A program made the translations under genes and the position numbers. The notes below the pieces were generated by a model that saw nothing but the letters and a program-made list of their open reading frames with translations, made no database searches and was not told the DNA's origin. A stretch of 64,000 nt of DNA from Alphaproteobacteria bacterium (GTDB lineage Bacteria > Pseudomonadota > Alphaproteobacteria > G965222575), in contig OZ244958.1 of NCBI GenBank assembly GCA_965222575.1, positions 1,120,001 through 1,184,000 on the forward strand. Reading direction: 5' to 3'. The first letter of the stretch is position 1, and the number at the start of each line of letters is the position of its first letter. Positions 29,084 to 39,425 of this stretch are shown here, piece by piece.

Positions 29084-29273
29084 TTCTCAGCAGGCGTTGT
29101 GCGCACTTGGTACTCATAGACCTTAAAAACTCTATCCCGTTGCTTTGCTGTGATGGTCTTGCCTAACAGTTCCTCAAGGGCTTGTACTTTAGGCTTTCCC
29201 TCTTTCGTGAACTCCTCCTTAGGCAACGTATGAATGGCTTGTATCAATGAGGTTGTCTCATCATCACTATCTC

Positions 29274-29513
29274 CTAAGGGCTCTTTAGGTGGAAGATATC
29301 TCCGCCTTCATCAGTGGCAAAGTCCTTCCATAGCCCGCTATCCAATAAGACCTTCAGACTCTTACCCTTGCTCCCATAGACATCCCCTACAGCAAATTCC
29401 CTCCCCTGTATCACCCCTGCTGGGAGCAATTGCTGCAGGTGCCCCTCTAGGTTGGACAAAAGCCTATCCCTAATGCGGTCTTTGTAAGAGCCCATCCATA
29501 TCAGCGTGCCCAC
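29274..29513 (-). pseudogene. Phage primase N-terminal fragment
   Basis: LLPAG..GREF.VGD..G..G.SL.V..G.WKDFAT.EGGD. Confidence 0.6.
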
Positions 29514-29945
29514 GGCGGGACATCTGATGGAGGAGGTGCTGCCGAACGGGCTGGTGTCGCAGTGGGCTGGTAAGACCTCGATACGCCCTGTACATCTTCC
29601 CCCACTGCTTGGGTACCCGCAAGCTGGGATACCACAGAAGTCCCCATCACAGAGACATAGCTCTTATGCTCTGCTGTAATCGCTCCATCTATGGTGTTTT
29701 TGTCTAAGCCATAACTATCTTTGTCAATTCCTATCCTTGCTACAAACTCAATCCCATCAAGTCTAGCAAGATTAGGAAGCACCCTTTTGGCTTTTGCTCC
29801 CTCAGACTCATTATCTGGACGGAGACCACACGCAGAGTTGAGTACGCCTTTAATGAAAGACCGACCTATCCTACCCCAGACATTCTCCTCCCCATTCTGT
29901 GAGACTTTGGGGCTGTACAGACCTATCAAACTCCAAACCTTGCGC
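29501..29945 (-). pseudogene. Phage SSB-like conserved protein, C-terminal part
   Basis: WSLIGLYSPK..GRSFI..LNSA..LDGIEFVARI and a Pro-rich tail ending PPWAR. Confidence 0.55.
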
Positions 29946-30600
29946 CTAGAGCAGTTAGCATCAGAGGCACAGATTAACAAAGGGTACTTATGGGCTATTG
30001 AGAATCAGAGTCGTAACCCTTCTGGAGGAAAACTCCTGCGAATCGCCGATGCTCTTGATGTGAGTATGGAGTACCTACTAGATGAGACCAAAGAGACCCC
30101 TGATGAGAGTGTCTTGATGAAGGCTTTCTTTCGTAAGTTTGAGAAGTTATCCCTTGAAGACCAACACAAACTCATGCAGGTTATGAAGGCTTGGGGGGGG
30201 AAATCATGACCCCCCACGTGTGGGCAAATCGTGTTGTGGATATTCTCTCTGTTAAGGGCACTCCCTATCCCATAAAAGTTCAAAGGATTGCCTCTGGGGT
30301 GGCTAGAGTGGACAGACGCACGAGCAATGCTGGTGGTAGGCAAAGATGGCTTTGTCCTCTGGACATGGTGTAGTGATGCTTTGTTGGAGACAGGGTGCTA
30401 TCTTCAACCTAGAAAGAAGGTAATCCCTCTGCCCTCAAGGTCTCTTGCTGTCTGTAAAGAGCCTCCTTGTGATATCTTGAAAGGTGTGACGCACGATGTT
30501 GGGGTATGGCCATTCAAGGAACCAGTAAGAGAAATGGCAATGAAGGCTCCTGCCTATGATATGACCCTCTCCCTTCTTCTCTTTCCATCTGATGGCTGTG
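29935..30600 (+). pseudogene. XRE-family HTH regulator fragment followed by a deleted ImmA/IrrE-like gene
   Basis: LEQLA...NKGYLWAIEN..PSGGKLLRIADALDVSMEYLL; the downstream fragments lack HExxH. Confidence 0.6.
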
Positions 30601-30648
30601 CTCTGTCGCGGCTCTTCTCCCAACTCCCTATACTTCCTAGAAAAAAAC

Positions 30649-30725
30649 TGGTCGGGGTGACAGGATTCGAACCTGCGACCTACTGCTCCCAAAGCAGCCG
30701 CGCTACCAGACTGCGCTACACCCCG
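30649..30725 (-). tRNA. tRNA-Pro(TGG)
   Basis: CGGGGTGTAGCGCAGTCTGGTAGCGC..TTTGGGA..GGTTCGAATCC..CCCCGACCA, 77 nt. Confidence 0.97.
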
Positions 30726-30727
30726 AA

Positions 30728-31549
30728 TCAACTCTCTTTATGCCTTCTCTTGAATAACAAAAATACCACCGCCTGTATCACCGTCTTCCCCTTGAAAACC
30801 TCAGAATGAAGATACACATACCAATATCCCCATAACGGTAAAGATAACAAAAGACCTAATTGTGCCATCAACAAAACTTTCCAAGGATACAGAAAAAATC
30901 CAACCAATACAATCGCAAAACCTATCAATAAAACTGTCATGTACTGCTTCTTAATTAACCTCACTCCCTTCATCGAACACGTAGGAAAATAACTAATCAT
31001 CAAAAATCCTAAAAATAAAATCCACACAATATGAAAAAACCAGTAATCCCAAAGAGAAATACCCTCTAAATCCAGCATCATAGGCAACAACATCAAACCC
31101 GCCGCCATAGGGGACGATAAACCAGTAAAAAATAACTCATCATACTTTCCCAACGGCTTCTCTTCCTCATAAGACAAAATATTAAAACGCGCTAAACGAA
31201 ACGCACAGCAAAGACAAAAAATAACAATCACTAACCAAAAAACCTTCTCGGTAAAACCGGCATACCCCTTAAACCCAACCGTGTAGTAATAAACTAAAAA
31301 AGCCGGCACAATCCCAAAAGATACAAAATCTGAAAGAGAATCTAACTCCACCCCTAACTTGCTAGATTGCTTCAAAAACCGCGCTAAGCGACCATCCAAA
31401 CCATCAAACAGTACCGCCACAAACACAAGACCTATCGCATAATGCCATTGATGCGTAAGTGCAAAACGTATGGACGTAAGACCGCTACACAAACCCAACG
31501 TCGTAAGCAAATGAGGAAGATACGAAACAAGCGAAAGCCTATTCATCAC
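30728..31549 (-). CDS. pssA: CDP-diacylglycerol-serine O-phosphatidyltransferase
   Basis: DGLDGRLAR..G.ELDSLSD.VSFG and RLARFN motifs. Confidence 0.93.
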   Translation of the reverse strand: MMNRLSLVSYLPHLLTTLGLCSGLTSIRFALTHQWHYAIGLVFVAVLFDGLDGRLARFLKQSSKLGVELDSLSDFVSFGIVPAFLVYYYTVGFKGYAGFTEKVFWLVIVIFCLCCAFRLARFNILSYEEEKPLGKYDELFFTGLSSPMAAGLMLLPMMLDLEGISLWDYWFFHIVWILFLGFLMISYFPTCSMKGVRLIKKQYMTVLLIGFAIVLVGFFLYPWKVLLMAQLGLLLSLPLWGYWYVYLHSEVFKGKTVIQAVVFLLFKRRHKES

Positions 31550-32250
31550 GCCTTCCTGGACAAAAGTGTTTCTCCACCAACGCTCCTATATCCACTCTTC
31601 ACCAATACCTGCCACTCCATAGGAACATAGACATCCACACGACTGCCAAAACGTATAAGACCAAAAATTAACCCCCTCTTCACCTCTTCCCCCTCCTCCA
31701 CATCACATCGAATACGACGCGCAATAAAACCTGCAATCTGTACCACTATTAACCTCTCCCCACTCCCTTTCTCTTCTAAAACCACAACACACCTCTCATT
31801 GTGTACACTCGCCTTATTCAGACTAGCCCTAAAAAACTTACCCCCCCTATACACAACCTTCTCAATCTTGCCCGATACAGGAAGACGATTCAAATGAACA
31901 TCAAAAATATTCATAAAAATACTAATCCTCCTATATTCCCCTTTTACTCCCGACTCCTCCGGTGCCACAGCACGTACTACCTCACAAACAACACCATCCG
32001 CAGGACTTAAAACAAACGCCTCATCTTCTAGAGAATCCCTCCGCGGATTCCGAAAAAACCAAAAACACCATATCATCAATAACAAGCCTATCAACCCTAA
32101 CGGAACCCAAAGCCACCATAACACCACCGCACAAAGAAAAATTACCCCACCAAAAAATAAACCATCCGGGTGAATGGGAAACGAATCAGAAACAGATAAA
32201 GAAAAAAAAGTGCGCAACCTCATCACCTCCAAAAAAAACCATTTTGTCAT
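31546..32250 (-). CDS. psd: Phosphatidylserine decarboxylase
   Basis: FFRNP, SPADG, HLNR.P, QIAG.IARRI and FGSRVD motifs. Confidence 0.93.
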   Translation of the reverse strand: MTKWFFLEVMRLRTFFSLSVSDSFPIHPDGLFFGGVIFLCAVVLWWLWVPLGLIGLLLMIWCFWFFRNPRRDSLEDEAFVLSPADGVVCEVVRAVAPEESGVKGEYRRISIFMNIFDVHLNRLPVSGKIEKVVYRGGKFFRASLNKASVHNERCVVVLEEKGSGERLIVVQIAGFIARRIRCDVEEGEEVKRGLIFGLIRFGSRVDVYVPMEWQVLVKSGYRSVGGETLLSRKA

Positions 32251-32338
32251 CAGAAACTTAAAATGCTACTCTATCATAAAATCCTCAAAAGGGGAATCCT
32301 TGTTGAGACCAACAAACCCCTTAAAGAATTTTTCATAA

Positions 32339-32647
32339 GCGGATGTGGTGGAATTGGTATACACAACAGACTTAAAAACCTTGAGTGCCCTAGTGGAAAC
32401 GCTAGGAGTAGAATTGCTCAAAGTCGGGGAAAGCTTCTCATTGCTAATCCCGAGCCAAGCCTTTCATAAAACAGCAAAGGAAGGTGTAGAGACTAGACGG
32501 GCAATACCTTACGACAAAAAAAATAGCCGTAATGGTAAAGGGATAGTCCAGACCACAAACGGTTGCTACCGGCGGTGAAAACCGTAGTTGGTACGAAAAT
32601 CTGTCGGTCATAAAACGACCTTGCGGGTTCAAGTCCCGCCATCCGCA
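32339..32647 (+). tRNA. tRNA-Leu(TAA), exons 32339-32373 and 32596-32647
   Basis: Joined exons give stem GCGGATG/CATCCGC, anticodon arm ACAGA-CTTAAAA-TCTGT, long variable arm and GGTTCAAGTCC. Confidence 0.92.
32374..32595 (+). ncRNA. Group I self-splicing intron (222 nt) in the tRNA-Leu anticodon
   Basis: Exon ends in U, intron ends in G; P1 ACTT/GAGT; core elements AATTGCTCAAAGTCGGGGAA, AATCCCGAGC, GTAGAGACTAGA and GGGATAGTCC. Confidence 0.9.
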
Positions 32648-32674
32648 CCCTGTTTCTAATCGCCTAATACTCAC

Positions 32675-33133
32675 ATGACCCCTCCTAATTGGTTCGCTTG
32701 TATGGATATCGCTCTCGCAGAAGCACAAGAAGCCTTCTCTAGAGGAGAAGTGCCCGTCGGTGCCGTAGTCACTAACCCAAAAGGACTCTTGCTCGCTAAA
32801 GCCTCTAACCGAACAATTCAATACGCTGACCCAACAGCACATGCAGAAATCCTCGCTATACGAAAAGTCTGTCAACTCCTCAATACCCCAAGATTGACAG
32901 GATACCGACTCTATGTCACAAAAGAACCTTGTCCTTTATGCGCTGCCGCTTTCCTAGAAGCCCGCATGACCCACCTGTACTATGGCGCTTGCGACGAAAA
33001 AGGAGGCGGAGTCGACCACAATATTCAACTCTTTACCTCCATGAAAAAAAATCATAAAATTAATGTCTATAGAGGGATTCGCGAGGACGAAAGTCTACAA
33101 CTCCTCAAAGCCTTCTTTCAATCTAAACGCTAA
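32675..33133 (+). CDS. tadA: tRNA adenosine deaminase
   Basis: EVPVGA, HAE and EPC..C motifs. Confidence 0.92.
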   Translation: MTPPNWFACMDIALAEAQEAFSRGEVPVGAVVTNPKGLLLAKASNRTIQYADPTAHAEILAIRKVCQLLNTPRLTGYRLYVTKEPCPLCAAAFLEARMTHLYYGACDEKGGGVDHNIQLFTSMKKNHKINVYRGIREDESLQLLKAFFQSKR

Positions 33134-33147
33134 ACCACCTCACTCCT

Positions 33148-33336
33148 TTGTCTCTTCCTCTCGTACTCATCATCACCTCCCTTGCAGGGACACTGTTCGT
33201 CCTCATTACAGGCCTATTGTCCTTAGGGTTCACAAAACAGAAAGATAGCGCACGCTTCGGAAACAAAATGATGCGCCTGCGTATCCTCTTGCAAGCCATT
33301 TGCATCGCCCTGTTGATTCTAGCCTTTGCCCTTTAG
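33148..33336 (+). CDS. Twin transmembrane helix small protein (HIG1-like)
   Basis: Two TM helices with NKMMRLRILLQ. Confidence 0.75.
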   Translation: MSLPLVLIITSLAGTLFVLITGLLSLGFTKQKDSARFGNKMMRLRILLQAICIALLILAFAL

Positions 33337-33338
33337 CT

Positions 33339-34808
33339 TTACCTTCCACGCCAAGAAAGCGTATGCGCAAACAAAGCGAAAAGGGGATAAATCTCCAGCC
33401 GCCCTGCTATCATCCCTAAACACATGCTCCACTTGGCCACTTGTGTAAACTCCGAATAGCTCCCTGTTGGTCCTCCCATATACCCTAAACCAGGACCAAG
33501 ATTCGCTATAGACGCCGAAGCCGCTGAGGCAGCACTCAAAAAATCCAACCCCGTTAACGATAAACAAAAAAACAACACAAGCCAGCTCAATAAAAAAATT
33601 AGAAAAAAACTGATAATACTATCTATTGTTTTCGCTTCTATTATCTTCTTGTCATAATGCACCTTGCGCACAGATGTAGGGGAAAGTAAAAACCAACCTT
33701 GAACAACCATGCTTTTTAGCAAAATGTGTAGGCGAAAAATCTTCACCCCACACGTCGTAGACCCTGCACAGCCTCCACAAAACGTGAGGATAAAAAACAG
33801 AAGCAAAATAAGCGGCGGCCAAAGACTGTAATCCGTACTACTGTAGCCAGTCCCCGTTAAAACAGAAACTGTATTAAAAAACCCTAGACGTAAACAAGAT
33901 AAAAAATTAATCCCCTCTATTCTGCTAAACAAAAAGCCCGAAACACCCAAAGAACATACCACTACGAGCATCAAGAAAAATTTCACCTGCTCGCTTCTTA
34001 ACACTTGAAAAAAAAATACCGGACGCGTAAAAGAGTAGATATAAAGCACAAAGGGTAGGGACGCTAGTACCATAAAGACCACAATCACACTTTCTATAAA
34101 CCCACTGGAAAAATGCCCAATAGAGGCATTGTGATTGGAAAATCCCCCCGTAGCCACAGTGGTCATGGCATGCACAATCGCATCAAAACTGCTCATCCCG
34201 CCAAGCTTCAAAAATAGCACACATAAAAGTGTCAGTATCCCATACACAACACAGATAGATTTTGAAATATCTCTTATGCGCGCATAAGGCTTATCAATCC
34301 CCTCAATACTCTGTAGACGAAAAAGTTGCATCCCCCCAAGACTTAAAGCAGGGAGCAACAATAAAGCCACAATAACAATACCAATACCTCCAATCCATTG
34401 CAAAATGCCGCGCCAGAGTAAAACGGCTTTATTCGTTTGGTCTAAATCCTCAAAAATAGACGCTCCAGTTGTTGTTAACCCCGAGGTGGATTCAAAAAAA
34501 TAATCAACCCAACTCAACTCCAACCCTGACAAGGCAAAGGGTAACGCTCCAAAAAAGGGTAGGGTGATGGAAATCCCAACAATAAGGAATACCCCATCAT
34601 AAAGAGAAAACTGGTGTGCCTGAAATCTTCTAAAGGAACTCAAGAGCAAAATCCCACTGACAAAAAAGGTAACAAGCCCAGAAAAAAGAAAGCCTTGATG
34701 CGCAGAAGACAAAAATAACAGCGAAAACCCATAAGGAATCAGCATTAAGAAGGAAAAAACCATCAGTATCGTTCCTTGAATAAAAAAAATCCTCGAAAAA
34801 TTGAGCAT
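33339..34808 (-). CDS. trkH: Trk potassium uptake permease
   Basis: FESTSGLTTTG, TGGFS, GGCAGSTTCG.K, NLGPG and GRLE motifs. Confidence 0.92.
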   Translation of the reverse strand: MLNFSRIFFIQGTILMVFSFLMLIPYGFSLLFLSSAHQGFLFSGLVTFFVSGILLLSSFRRFQAHQFSLYDGVFLIVGISITLPFFGALPFALSGLELSWVDYFFESTSGLTTTGASIFEDLDQTNKAVLLWRGILQWIGGIGIVIVALLLLPALSLGGMQLFRLQSIEGIDKPYARIRDISKSICVVYGILTLLCVLFLKLGGMSSFDAIVHAMTTVATGGFSNHNASIGHFSSGFIESVIVVFMVLASLPFVLYIYSFTRPVFFFQVLRSEQVKFFLMLVVVCSLGVSGFLFSRIEGINFLSCLRLGFFNTVSVLTGTGYSSTDYSLWPPLILLLFFILTFCGGCAGSTTCGVKIFRLHILLKSMVVQGWFLLSPTSVRKVHYDKKIIEAKTIDSIISFFLIFLLSWLVLFFCLSLTGLDFLSAASAASASIANLGPGLGYMGGPTGSYSEFTQVAKWSMCLGMIAGRLEIYPLFALFAHTLSWRGR

Positions 34809-34927
34809 GACACCTTGAAAATTTCTTCCATTTCTGCTTGCAAAGAACTGCACGCCCTTGTACCCTTAGCACATTGAGAAAAAATTCTCCACACTGAGCT
34901 TTTCATATCTCCACAACACCAATTCCT

Positions 34928-35293
34928 ATGTCATTTCTAGATACGCTGGATTTTTCTACTGCTGGCAACACAGACATCTTAGAAGAAGCACTCAAGAAGG
35001 TCCCCTCGCGATTCAAGCTCGTCCTCATCGCAGCACACAGAGCCAAACAGCTTACCCAAGCTAGCTCTCCTCTGATTTCTGAAAAGGAAAAGCCTATTAT
35101 CACAAGCCTCAAAGAAATCGCTCAGGGAAAAGTGAACACAGAGGAGCTTATCAACAGCATGAAAACCTTTTCAGCCTTCTCAAAGCAGCACAAAAAAAAT
35201 GCCGCATTGGCTTACTCATCTCTTCAACAGTCCTTACCACCTGCTGATGAGCAAAAAGATGACACAGAGGAAGCCCTGGAAATCCTCTCTTAA
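34928..35293 (+). CDS. rpoZ: RNA polymerase omega subunit
   Basis: SRFKLVLIAAHRAKQL..KP...LKEIA. Confidence 0.88.
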   Translation: MSFLDTLDFSTAGNTDILEEALKKVPSRFKLVLIAAHRAKQLTQASSPLISEKEKPIITSLKEIAQGKVNTEELINSMKTFSAFSKQHKKNAALAYSSLQQSLPPADEQKDDTEEALEILS

Positions 35294-35315
35294 TTCCCTT
35301 TTGATGGGCTAAGGT

Positions 35316-35912
35316 ATGATAACGTCCTTGAAACATCAAAACCATACCCTAGACCTCTTTCGTAGCCATGGCGCCTTTTTAGAAGGACATTTTATCCTGT
35401 CCTCAGGATTACATTCTCCCCTCTATCTTCAAAGCGCAAAAGTACTGTCTCATCCCGATACAGCACAGGTCATAGGACAAAAACTAGCCTCCCTTGTAAA
35501 GAAAATGGCACCCATAGAAATGATTCTTTCTCCAGCCATAGGGGGACTCATCATTGGACACGAAGTAGCAAGAGCGTTAAATATTCCCTTTGTCTTTACA
35601 GAAAAACAAGGAGACAACATGTGCCTCCGTCGAGGATTTTTCCTCCCACCTCAAACCCATATCGCCATCATAGAAGACATTATCACCACAGGACGTTCCG
35701 TCCTTTCATGCCAAAAACTCATAGAAAAATCAGGGGCAAAATGTGTCGGCATAGGAAGCATTATCCAAAGAACCGATCCCTCCAAAAATCCTCTGAAACT
35801 CTCTGTGCCTTTTGTGTCTCTCGCACAACTTGAAGCCACCACCTATGAAGCCTCCTCCTTACCTCCTGCTCTCAAAGCCCTCCCTCCCTTAACACCGGGA
35901 AGTCGTCCATGA
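35316..35912 (+). CDS. pyrE: Orotate phosphoribosyltransferase
   Basis: GHFILSSGLHS and IIEDIITTG motifs. Confidence 0.93.
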   Translation: MITSLKHQNHTLDLFRSHGAFLEGHFILSSGLHSPLYLQSAKVLSHPDTAQVIGQKLASLVKKMAPIEMILSPAIGGLIIGHEVARALNIPFVFTEKQGDNMCLRRGFFLPPQTHIAIIEDIITTGRSVLSCQKLIEKSGAKCVGIGSIIQRTDPSKNPLKLSVPFVSLAQLEATTYEASSLPPALKALPPLTPGSRP

Positions 35913-36607
35913 GATGCAGATTAGGCGTTAATATTGACCATATAGCAACCCTACGAAATGCTAGAGGAGAAGGCTTGCCTTCTCCGCTCAGAGCTGCCAA
36001 AACCGCAATGGAAGCAGGTGCTGACCAGATTACCGCTCATCTGAGAGAAGACAGACGACACATCAAAGAGTACGATTTGCATCTCCTCTTAGAACATGCA
36101 CTCCCCCTAAATCTTGAAATGGCTGCCACAGAGGAAATGGTAGAACTCGCCTGTCAATTGAAGCCTCAAAGCGTTTGCTTTGTGCCTGAAAAAAGAGAAG
36201 AACTGACAACAGAAGGCGGACTCTCCTTAGAGGCTCTAGCACACCTGTCTGAAAAAATCGAAACGCTTAAAAAACACACCATAAAAATCAGTTTGTTCCT
36301 AGACCCTATAGAAGCGCACCTTAAGGAAGCGAAAGCTCTAAAGGTGGACGCTGTAGAACTTCACACAGGCCTGTTGAAAGAAAAAGGAGAAAAAACCTTG
36401 ACGCTCTACAAAAAAGCGGCTTATACAATATCAACACTCGCCATGGAAGTCCATGCTGGACACGGACTGGATTTTCAGACCTTGCCCCTCCTGAAAACCC
36501 TGCCTATTCAAGAAGTCAATATCGGGCATTTCATTGTAGGGGAAGCCCTCTTTCTTAGCCTGCACACTGTGGTACAAAAATTCCGGACCCTCTTAGATGA
36601 TTTTTAA
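35909..36607 (+). CDS. pdxJ: Pyridoxine 5'-phosphate synthase
   Basis: LGVNIDHIATLRNAR, HLREDRRHI and HAGHGL motifs. Confidence 0.96.
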   Translation: MRCRLGVNIDHIATLRNARGEGLPSPLRAAKTAMEAGADQITAHLREDRRHIKEYDLHLLLEHALPLNLEMAATEEMVELACQLKPQSVCFVPEKREELTTEGGLSLEALAHLSEKIETLKKHTIKISLFLDPIEAHLKEAKALKVDAVELHTGLLKEKGEKTLTLYKKAAYTISTLAMEVHAGHGLDFQTLPLLKTLPIQEVNIGHFIVGEALFLSLHTVVQKFRTLLDDF

Positions 36608-37001
36608 CATTGGAACAGATATTGTAGATTGCAACCGTATCAAGCGCTTAATAAAACGCTATCCTAAGGTCATTAGTCGTTTGTTTACAGACCAAGAAAT
36701 CCATTATGTCAAACAACAAAAACGCTATCAATCCCTTGCCTTCGCCGCACGATTCGCTGCTAAAGAAGCCCTCCTGAAAGCCCTAGGAACAGGTATGGCA
36801 AGACGTATCACTTGGAAACAAATAGAAATTTTATCACACCCCAACAGAAAACCCTATATCAAGCTCTCCCATGCAGCACTTGATGTCCTTTCTTCTTTAA
36901 TACCTCCCAACACTAAGGCCTATCTTTATCTGAGTATGACCGATGAATTCCCTTTGGCTAGCGCAACTGTTATCATTGAATCTTTGACCAAAACACAATG
37001 A
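36597..37001 (+). CDS. acpS: Holo-ACP synthase
   Basis: IGTDIV and RFAAKEA..KALGTG motifs. Confidence 0.94.
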   Translation: MIFNIGTDIVDCNRIKRLIKRYPKVISRLFTDQEIHYVKQQKRYQSLAFAARFAAKEALLKALGTGMARRITWKQIEILSHPNRKPYIKLSHAALDVLSSLIPPNTKAYLYLSMTDEFPLASATVIIESLTKTQ

Positions 37002-37792
37002 AAAAAAGACTACCTTTCCTCTTCAAAAAGACCATGGCCTCTTCCAAAAAAATCTGGCACGAGACAAAGTCTTTACTTCTATTAATACTCATTTTAATTG
37101 CTATTAGAACCTTTATTATCGAACCCTACTATATCCCCTCCCAATCCATGATTCCGACACTCATGGCAGGAGACCATATTTTTGTCTCAAAATCTTCCTA
37201 TGGCATTTCACGCCACTCTTTTCCTTTTTCCCTTTTCCCCTTCAAAGGAAGAGCTTTTTTCTCCCCTCCCAAAAGAGGGGATATCGTCGTATTCAAATCT
37301 CCAATTGATAAAAAAACAAACTACATTAAACGCCTGATAGGTCTACCGGGCGATACAATTTTTCTCGAAGAGGGATATCTTTACATTAATGGCCAACTCA
37401 TGGACCAAATCCTTCAAGGGCAGGACTATCGCTATCAAGATAGAGGGCGTCACAAACGATATGCAACGCTTTATCAAGAAACACTAGACAATGGCGTATT
37501 TTATACCGTCACAGATGAAGTAGTCTCTTCTGTAGATAATTGCGGTCCCTTTATTGTTCCTAAAAATCAGTACTTTGTCATGGGGGACAATCGTGATAAT
37601 TCCAGTGATAGTCGTATTGCGCCCGCTCACGGGGGCATAGGCTTTGTCCATAAGAATTTTCTCATAGGGAAGGCTGTTTTCTTGGCGTTTTCTCTTGAAA
37701 ATTCAGCCTTTTGGCAAATTTGGCGCTGGCCGACACACTTTCGCCCCTCTAGATTCCTAAAACCTATCAAAAACAAGAGACATGACTCTTAA
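36998..37792 (+). CDS. lepB: Signal peptidase I
   Basis: PSQSMIPTL, YIKRLIGLPGD and GDNRDNSSDSR motifs. Confidence 0.96.
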   Translation: MKKRLPFLFKKTMASSKKIWHETKSLLLLILILIAIRTFIIEPYYIPSQSMIPTLMAGDHIFVSKSSYGISRHSFPFSLFPFKGRAFFSPPKRGDIVVFKSPIDKKTNYIKRLIGLPGDTIFLEEGYLYINGQLMDQILQGQDYRYQDRGRHKRYATLYQETLDNGVFYTVTDEVVSSVDNCGPFIVPKNQYFVMGDNRDNSSDSRIAPAHGGIGFVHKNFLIGKAVFLAFSLENSAFWQIWRWPTHFRPSRFLKPIKNKRHDS

Positions 37793-38474
37793 GAAGACCT
37801 CTGCAGACCATGACTTACACTCTTTGGAAAAAATCCTCAACATCAAGCCCTTATCCCCTGAAGGAAAAACCCTCCTAAAAGAAGCAATAACACCCCCAGG
37901 GGGTAAAAAAACTCCTCTACAGAAAGACTATGAACGACTGGAATTCTTAGGAGACAGAGTGCTAGGCATTTGCATGGCTAGGATACTCTTCGACAGATAC
38001 CCCAAAGAAACAGCAGGCAATCTCTCCTTGCGCTACAACGCTCTAGTCAGTACAGAAATGTTAGCAAAAATCTCAAAAACCATGGGACTTCTCAACTATA
38101 CAACATTACAAACTCCGCAGATAAGTCAAAAAATTACAGCTGATATCTTAGAAGCTCTTATAGGAGCTGTCTATATCGCCCAAGGCCTCAAAGAAGCTAT
38201 GTCCTTAATCACAAAATTTTGGAGCCCCTTCCTAACGGAAAATAGCCAGATTTTCAGAGATATCAAAACCACTCTCCAAGAATTGCTACAAACCCATGGA
38301 TACCCTCCTCCTCTGTACAAAGTCATCAAAACAGAAGGGCAACAGCATGCCCCTATCTTCACAGTGTCCGTGCAAGCCATGAACCAAGTCACCAAAGGAC
38401 AAGGAAAAACAAAACAAAAAGCCGAACAACAGGCCGCACGCAAAATTCTGCAGATTCTGAAAAAACTCCCATGA
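37782..38474 (+). CDS. rnc: Ribonuclease III
   Basis: ERLEFLGDRVL motif and dsRBD. Confidence 0.95.
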   Translation: MTLKKTSADHDLHSLEKILNIKPLSPEGKTLLKEAITPPGGKKTPLQKDYERLEFLGDRVLGICMARILFDRYPKETAGNLSLRYNALVSTEMLAKISKTMGLLNYTTLQTPQISQKITADILEALIGAVYIAQGLKEAMSLITKFWSPFLTENSQIFRDIKTTLQELLQTHGYPPPLYKVIKTEGQQHAPIFTVSVQAMNQVTKGQGKTKQKAEQQAARKILQILKKLP

Positions 38475-39376
38475 AACCAGAAGAATACCAAGTCTCTTTC
38501 TGCGGCCTGCCTAACAGTGGAAAATCCACCTTATTCAATGCCTTACTAGGAAAAAAATCCAGCATTGTAACCCATAAACGCCAAACCACAATCTTTTGTC
38601 TAAAAGGGATACTCAAAACCCCCAAAAGCCAACTCTACCTAGTAGACACCCCCGGACTCTTCTCTCCTAAACACCTCAAAGCACACCACGGACAGCAAGC
38701 CCTTCATAAAGCAATGCTACGAAATGCTTGGTATATCCTAGAAACCTCCGCTACCACTTGCTTAGTGGTCGATGCGACACTACAAAACTTCCAACCTCTC
38801 AAAACCCTACTTGCAACCTCCCCTGTAAGACTCAATAACCACATGGTGCTGATTCTCAACAAAATCGATAAAATTCCCCCTTCATCCCTCCTCGCCATAT
38901 CCTCAGAACTATGGCAATGGGGGGAATTTAAAAAAGTCTTCATGATAAGCGCTAAAAAAGGCAGTGGAGTAGGGGACCTAAAAAAATTTCTCCTCACTCA
39001 ACCTTCATCTCCCACCCATCCCACTCATACACCCCCTTCCTTGCCCCTCCTAGCCGAAGAGTGTACAAGAGAACAAATCCTCCTACACTGTCATCAGGAA
39101 ATCCCTTACCTCCTCAGTATTGATACTGATACCTTCTCAATCCTAAAAAATGACTCTTTCCTCATCAAACAAGTCATCTATCTCTGCCACGAAAAACACA
39201 AACCTATACTCTTAGGCAAAGGAGGAAAAATGCTCAAAACTATAGGACAAAAAGCGCGCAGGGCCATCCATAAAACCCTCGGAAAACCTTGCCACCTCTT
39301 CCTCTCCATCAAAGTCTCCAAACACTGGGCAGAAACAGTACTGAAAAAAATGCACCCTTCAACAATTCATAATTGA
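38471..39376 (+). CDS. era: GTPase Era
   Basis: GLPNSGKSTL, DTPG, NKID, QEIPY, KH domain. Confidence 0.93.
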   Translation: MKPEEYQVSFCGLPNSGKSTLFNALLGKKSSIVTHKRQTTIFCLKGILKTPKSQLYLVDTPGLFSPKHLKAHHGQQALHKAMLRNAWYILETSATTCLVVDATLQNFQPLKTLLATSPVRLNNHMVLILNKIDKIPPSSLLAISSELWQWGEFKKVFMISAKKGSGVGDLKKFLLTQPSSPTHPTHTPPSLPLLAEECTREQILLHCHQEIPYLLSIDTDTFSILKNDSFLIKQVIYLCHEKHKPILLGKGGKMLKTIGQKARRAIHKTLGKPCHLFLSIKVSKHWAETVLKKMHPSTIHN

Positions 39377-39425
39377 GAACTCTTCCTTTTTATGATATGA
39401 ATAACTATCAAAACACGCAACTTCA

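Larger units (their letters stand above)
26024..30600 (-). mobile_element. Deletion-compressed defective prophage next to the 3' end of tRNA-Pro
   Basis: Fragments of lysozyme, tape measure, tail chaperone, tail terminator, head-tail joining, primase, SSB-like and XRE/ImmA genes. Confidence 0.8.

Noticed and set aside
26024-30600. Functional gene transfer agent or tailocin
   Set aside because: No terminase, portal, capsid or tail tube; most genes are fused fragments
30435-30809. ORFs spanning tRNA-Pro
   Set aside because: Read-through translations of the tRNA sequence
32263-32875. ORFs overlapping tRNA-Leu and its intron (possible homing endonuclease)
   Set aside because: The intron is only 222 nt and no nuclease motifs are present
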